64,000 bases of DNA from Bugula neritina (Eukaryota; Animalia; Bryozoa). Of the stretch, positions 59,201-64,000 are shown one piece after another. The stretch spans positions 25,560,628 to 25,624,627 of the forward strand of contig OZ037767.1 of the NCBI GenBank assembly GCA_964035545.1, in the 5' to 3' direction. The stretch's first letter is position 1; every line of letters starts with the position of its first letter. The notes beneath the pieces are model-generated. The model did no database searches and was not told the DNA's origin. It saw nothing but the letters and a program-made list of their open reading frames with translations. The position numbers and the translations under genes are program-made.

Positions 59201-62200
59201 CAATGCTGGTTTTATTGAGCAAGCCTTTCAGACAAGACTGGGAGCACGCAGCGAGTTACACCACTAGAAAAGCTATTGGTGCCTCCCTAACCCCCCCTCC
59301 CTTTATGACTAGTTAAATCAAGAAACTGGCATATATTTCCATCTTTAAGTACTTATGTTTCTGTTTATTTCAATTAGCAAAGATTTTATTTCAACTGAAA
59401 GATGTCTACTAGAAAATTTTGGCTCTAAAAGGTAATAATTTAGTCCGTAATCTCTAGAAGCAAGTAGCACCTATGAGGGAGATAATCCATTGTAATAAAA
59501 ATTTGCCTAGCACTATTTCCATGCAACATGTTAACACAACAAGAAGTGAAACGTTTTTTTTATAAAGCCCAGTAGACTATCACCAATTAGAAAGTTGTAA
59601 AGCAAGTGGAATCATAAATCACACCAGATGTCGACAGGCACATTCAGAATGCTCTAGGATTATGGTTTTTTAAAAAAGAACACTACAAAATTATGTAAAG
59701 AGAAGTGGTACGTGTTGGCAGGTGAATATGACACTCAGAAAACAATAGGAGATATTACAAATAAATAATTTATATGTTTTGACTAGGAAGATGATGCAAG
59801 ATGTTGGTTGTCTGTGGAAGAAGTGCAGGGTGCAGCTCGGAGATTTGTGCAACATTCTGCTATTTATACATCAGAGCTATCAGCTATGTGCATTGTTTGC
59901 ATATTACACATAAAACTAATATGTTATTGGCTTCAATACCAAATTTAAAAATAGAGTTTTTGCTCAGACAGTTTTTTATCGGTTTCCTTAAATTCAATAT
60001 CAGCGATTGATTTGATGACAGAAAGAATAACAGATCAATGATGAGAAAGTAATTCTTTACTTCAGCTTTCTTCAAGGATGTAAGTTAAAGAAATTACAGA
60101 AAAGAAATATAGTTTTCTTTAATTCATACTTAAGCTCAACTGAACTCCCTCTCCAAATTAAAATCAGTTTTATACTAATTTTAATATATTATAGGGAAAT
60201 ATGGATGTCAAATATGGGAGTTGTCTCCCTCATCAAAAGCACTAGTAGATAACCAGATTGAAAGTTATCGCGTTGCAACAGAAGGAAGATGGTGCCTAGT
60301 ACCGTTTACTAGCTACTCGGGTAGCTTATTGAATTATGTACTGGTCAAAGAAATCGCATTGGTTAGCCAAGTGTCAAACTTTCGATTTCTCAATTTTGAA
60401 ATAGGATTAACCTGTCTCACTTTATATATTGCACAAGATTAGTTTAAAGCTGTGCTATAAAGTGAATCAGATAATTATAAATTTATAAAGCAAGCTGGTA
60501 GCAAAAGAAGATAAAATATTGGTATTACTTACTTATATATTGATATTGGCAGTTTGATAGGCATATGATTATTCTGATTATCGGTGACAGCAAATTACAT
60601 AAGCTATGATTTTGGAACACTAGTTTGGCAGCCTTAACTGATAACCTTTTGAAATGTAAGACATAACTTTGGAAGCATGGGTGAAGTATGGCCAACAGAA
60701 TGTTTATGTCTCATCATTAGATGATGTAATAACTCATGTTCACACGACAATTCTGTTCTGATTAACTTTTATTCCCACCGAGTCAAATTCCTAATTTAAC
60801 CTTTGAGAAACTAGGCTATTGTAAAAATCATCAGGCATCTCCTAGTGCACAGAAAGACTGGAATATCTCCTGGACTTCACACCTAAAGATTTTGTGGCTG
60901 TGATGATATTCGATTTGCATTAATTAGAATTTGTGATACTAGGTGTTGGAAATGCCAATGTGATGTAGCAATTCAGACCATGCTACTGGTAGAAGTCACG
61001 GCAAGGCATGGCACAAGTTACACAACTCGTTGCTTATTTCACACAGAAACTGCACTTACATAACTGCAACTAATGCACCAGCCATGGCCAGAAAGGGAGT
61101 TACTTCTCAAAGCTGTCTCCTACCAGGCGGATCTAACCGGAGACCAGATGTAAAAATTGCAAAACGTAATGGCAGATGTTGTAACTATACTCTAATAAAA
61201 AGGAAACAATATATTGTATTTTTCAGGTTATTGTAAACTTAACCAATTTGGAACTAACAACCTAAAAGAGAAAGGTCTTGAATTTTACTCTTATTTTCCA
61301 GTCAACTATACTTCCAACTATGGAGAATAATACATCTAAAACTTCACTGGGTGTACACCAGCAACTAGTGGACTGCATGTTTGTCAGCTTTACAGTTAAT
61401 TGGTGTTAAAGATAAACCTACCAATATAATTTATTTTAAGTTTTTGTAACTCTCAGAATGTTTGTATAGTAAAGGGCTTGCAACTCCATAGACTTACAAC
61501 TTAAACATAATTAACACAAGGAGACACTTTCAAGCAATGATCACATACAAGGTCATCCTTTGAACCTCAAGTCATTGCCCAAGTTGTTACTATCTAGGGA
61601 AGAAGCTTCTTTCAAGTTATAATAAAGTAAGAATTTGAGTCAACATTCAAATCATGGTGCAAATGTAACTCTAGCATTGAAATAATAGTCACCAGACAGT
61701 AGTTAGACTAACCATTGGTTTAATACTGCGCACCAATCTGCCTCTGTGATAGAACACCAACATCTGCTGTAAGGGCCAGTGACTGGAATATCCAACAGTC
61801 ATGAGAATAGGGTTACCATCCTCAGTTTCACCTTCAGCACACTGCAACAACAAAAGTAGTAGCAAGTTTGAAATGGGCAACTTATATTCATAGTCATGTT
61901 ACATAGCTACCCACTTTTGGCACGATGTTCCAGGGGAAACTGTAAATTCATACTGCTCCAAGTATATTACATACTGGAATGTACATTATAGTGGAACCAG
62001 CCATCAACAAATCAAAATATTAATTAACATGAATAATGTGCAAGTAATGCCAAAAATCTTGACATTTAACAAATGGACTTTAAGTTTATGTGCAGGCAGG
62101 TTTCTGCATCTCTATTGGATCCAATTAAAATACTTGTTTTAGTACCTTTGCAGTCACTCACTCACTGTATCTCCTGACCTACTAAAGAAACATGTCCTAC

Positions 62201-62731
62201 CAATGACTTGTACTAAAGTTCAAAAACCTGGTAGATGGAAAAAGTTCCAATTTTCTGGCAATGTCTTAAATTCTTCAAGTAGGCTAGACTGCAGCCATGG
62301 CAAACATCCAGTAAATTTTCTGTTTGTGTTCTCAAGTGAGTTGGAACAGAATACTGGCAGGTATGACGATTGAAAGCCAAATATTTCTTAGACCTAACCA
62401 AGTGGGCATTTCATAAGTTCTAAGTTCTGTCCCTCGATAAATTGAGGTTTTTCAGCTAATTTTTAAAGTTATCTTTGATTGCATAGTTCGAATTGCATTT
62501 GAGTAGTTTGTTAGGAAAAATTACTTGAAAGTCTCCAGCTTAGAAAGACTGCGATCCCACTAACAAATGTAATGTACCTAAAAGAAATACTAGACAAAAC
62601 AGGAACTATTTTGAATAGTATTTCCCCAAAAGACGGATAAAATTACTTGGTTACACTTGAGAACTTCTTTATAGTTACGAAATCATTTATACCTCCAGTT
62701 TAAAGGCAGAATTATTTTCTTGCGGCCATAC
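47254..62731 (-). CDS. MORC-family CW-type zinc finger protein, divergent, 5'-incomplete (GHKL ATPase exons not identified in the window)
   Basis: Exons 62731-62693 (tentative), 62393-62228, 61841-61713, 56161-56088, 51944-51756, 51311-51207, 50968-50189, 47854-47710, 47346-47254 have consistent phases. ILMTVGY...MLVFYHRGRLVR...VVGIVQ resembles the end of the MORC S5 domain (MORC3 ITFGF...IMMYHRNRLIK...VVGII). It is followed by a CW finger (WARCGICLKWR...LVCSN...SCEDPE), a disordered SP-rich region and a C-terminal helical segment. Confidence 0.75.
48929..49082 (-). CDS. Alternative terminal exon of the MORC-like gene, paralogous to exon 47710-47854
   Basis: A strong pyrimidine tract and CAG acceptor lie at 49083, in phase 2 matching the donor at 50188. 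The exon encodes LVNAQVSYLTQATRFFLHRLQPLSVNKETTTEELAVLLHLCVVRFRERGL*. A minus-strand AATAAA is at 48733-48738. Confidence 0.6.
49462..50137. repeat. 11-15-bp minisatellite (ACACACAGAGTA[T/C]); TG-rich on the transcribed strand
   Basis: Directly visible; it accounts for five spurious ORFs (CVYSV and HTEYT repeats). Confidence 0.95.
50630..50866 (-). repeat. Coding 36-bp tandem repeat encoding VVSPTKSASPSK, about 6.5 copies
   Basis: The unit acaactttagatggagaagctgactttgtgggggac lies inside MORC-like exon 50189-50968. Confidence 0.92.
51060..51165. repeat. 31-bp tandem repeat, about 3.5 copies, intronic
   Basis: Units of the type agtgagtttgagtgactgtcagtagagtaaat. Confidence 0.8.
52490..52660. 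repeat. 17-18-bp minisatellite (GTGCTATAAAGTATAG..)
   Basis: Directly visible; intronic. Confidence 0.85.
55735..55923. repeat. 24-bp minisatellite (TAGTACTGCTACTATAACTAACAC)
   Basis: Directly visible; intronic. Confidence 0.85.
58189..58805. repeat. 29/30-bp satellite, about 21 copies, each with the internal inverted repeat ACTACAG-TATG-CTGTAGT
   Basis: The unit caatataacaactacagtatgctgtagtc repeats head-to-tail with no unique spacers, in a MORC-like intron. Confidence 0.95.
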
Positions 62732-64000
62732 CTTTCAATTTTTCAGTATATAGTCAGCAGAAATATTTTTTGAACTACAGGACTAACTTAAAGGGTGCTG
62801 ATTACCATTCTTCTCATTGGTTTCTGTAAAATTTATCTCCTAGCAAATTACTTTTTCAAAGGACAAATAGCGCTGGTACAGCAAGAAGTGCTGTTACCTA
62901 TAGAAAGTGATTTTTACAATGTAGAGATCAATGTTTAAAGCCCGAGTCTCTTAAGACTGGTGGTCAATGTATTATTGCTCAATGAATTAATTAAGATGAT
63001 TCTTTTCTCTAGTAAATATTCAATATAGAACAGTTGGCATGTGAAATTAAGATGTAATACATGCATACATGCGACTGATCATGTAGCTTAGTATTGCCCA
63101 TGTGAGCAATGTTTATTTATGAGATATCGGTCTCTGAATAAGTTAGTTAATATAAAATTTCAAATTTATGGCAAAATGAATGAAAGCAAAAAGAATGAGT
63201 GTAATGTGCATTCCTAGTATTTCATCAACTAATACTGACTGTAAAATTGCATGATCACTAAAATGTTTTTCTGAGTATTGAATTATACAGCTGTTCATAT
63301 TTTTAAAAAATAAATTTTAAAGCCACAGTTTCTATTAAGTCAAGGAGTTTTTAAATTTTACTTGGCGGTTAAATCATTTTAACATGCACAATTTAGCTGT
63401 GTTCAAAGACTAGGCAACAGCTGCTGATATATAGCCCTAACCTGCTTTCTCGTTTGAACACTGAAATTACTATTTCTCAACAAAATCTCATAGATTCTTA
63501 TTTAGAACTCAAACTGCCAAAAAGAATAAATAAAATAAATAACAACTGGTAGACACATCTATTACCAAACAGTGTCAAGTCTGTGTTTTGGTGAAGCAAT
63601 AGTTAACCCTTGCATTATTCAACATGCACCCATGGGCTTTTCATCTACCAGTTCATTGAAATCACAAGTGACACCATAGAAACAGTCAGATGTATCAAGA
63701 AGAAGCAGGATTTAATTATTGGTCAGTTCAAAAATTCTGCTCACGAAACAAAAGATCCGTATTTAAATAAGTCATATAAAACATAAAATATATATTGAAA
63801 CACTGTTTAGAATGCTAGTGGAAAGCGTGCCTGTTATTATTGTGACTATAAATTACATAACTCAAATATACTTTATTATAATTATATTATTAAATAATGG
63901 ATAGGAACAACTTAGCCAGTGTGTAGAGTTCAAAAATTAAAATTTATTGTATAATTTATTAACTAGAGGTTTGAAAACTAGTTTTCAAGTTAACACAGCT

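Noticed and set aside
62780-64000. Further upstream MORC-like exons (for example near 62806-62823 and 63630-63710)
   Set aside because: I could not join them with consistent phase or recognisable GHKL motifs.

Overview
AT-rich, intron-rich genomic DNA from an invertebrate animal; the species cannot be determined from sequence alone. Splicing GT-AG exons by hand gives six protein-coding genes. (1) A secreted protein with a spongin/short-chain-collagen-C4-type NC1-like domain and no collagen helix (+, 1552-4393). (2) An orphan 7-transmembrane protein (-, 5477-9292). (3) FoxJ2/3 (+, 13163-19926). (4) PAAF1/Rpn14, a WD40 proteasome chaperone (+, 21991-29669). (5) Wnt4 (+, 35020-42547). (6) The 3' part of a divergent MORC-like CW-zinc-finger gene (-, 47254 to at least 62393, continuing upstream). 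Most long ORFs in the supplied track are minisatellite artefacts. The most notable observations are tandem repeats seeded on exon/intron junctions that create decoy splice sites, a duplicated alternative last exon in the MORC-like gene behind a UG-rich array, an SPxK repeat region in that protein, two near-perfect hairpins in PAAF1, a 29-bp hairpin-unit satellite, a tRNA-derived SINE with target-site duplication, and a cluster of TCF/LEF motifs across Wnt4. All homology calls come from recognising motifs by eye, not from database searches.
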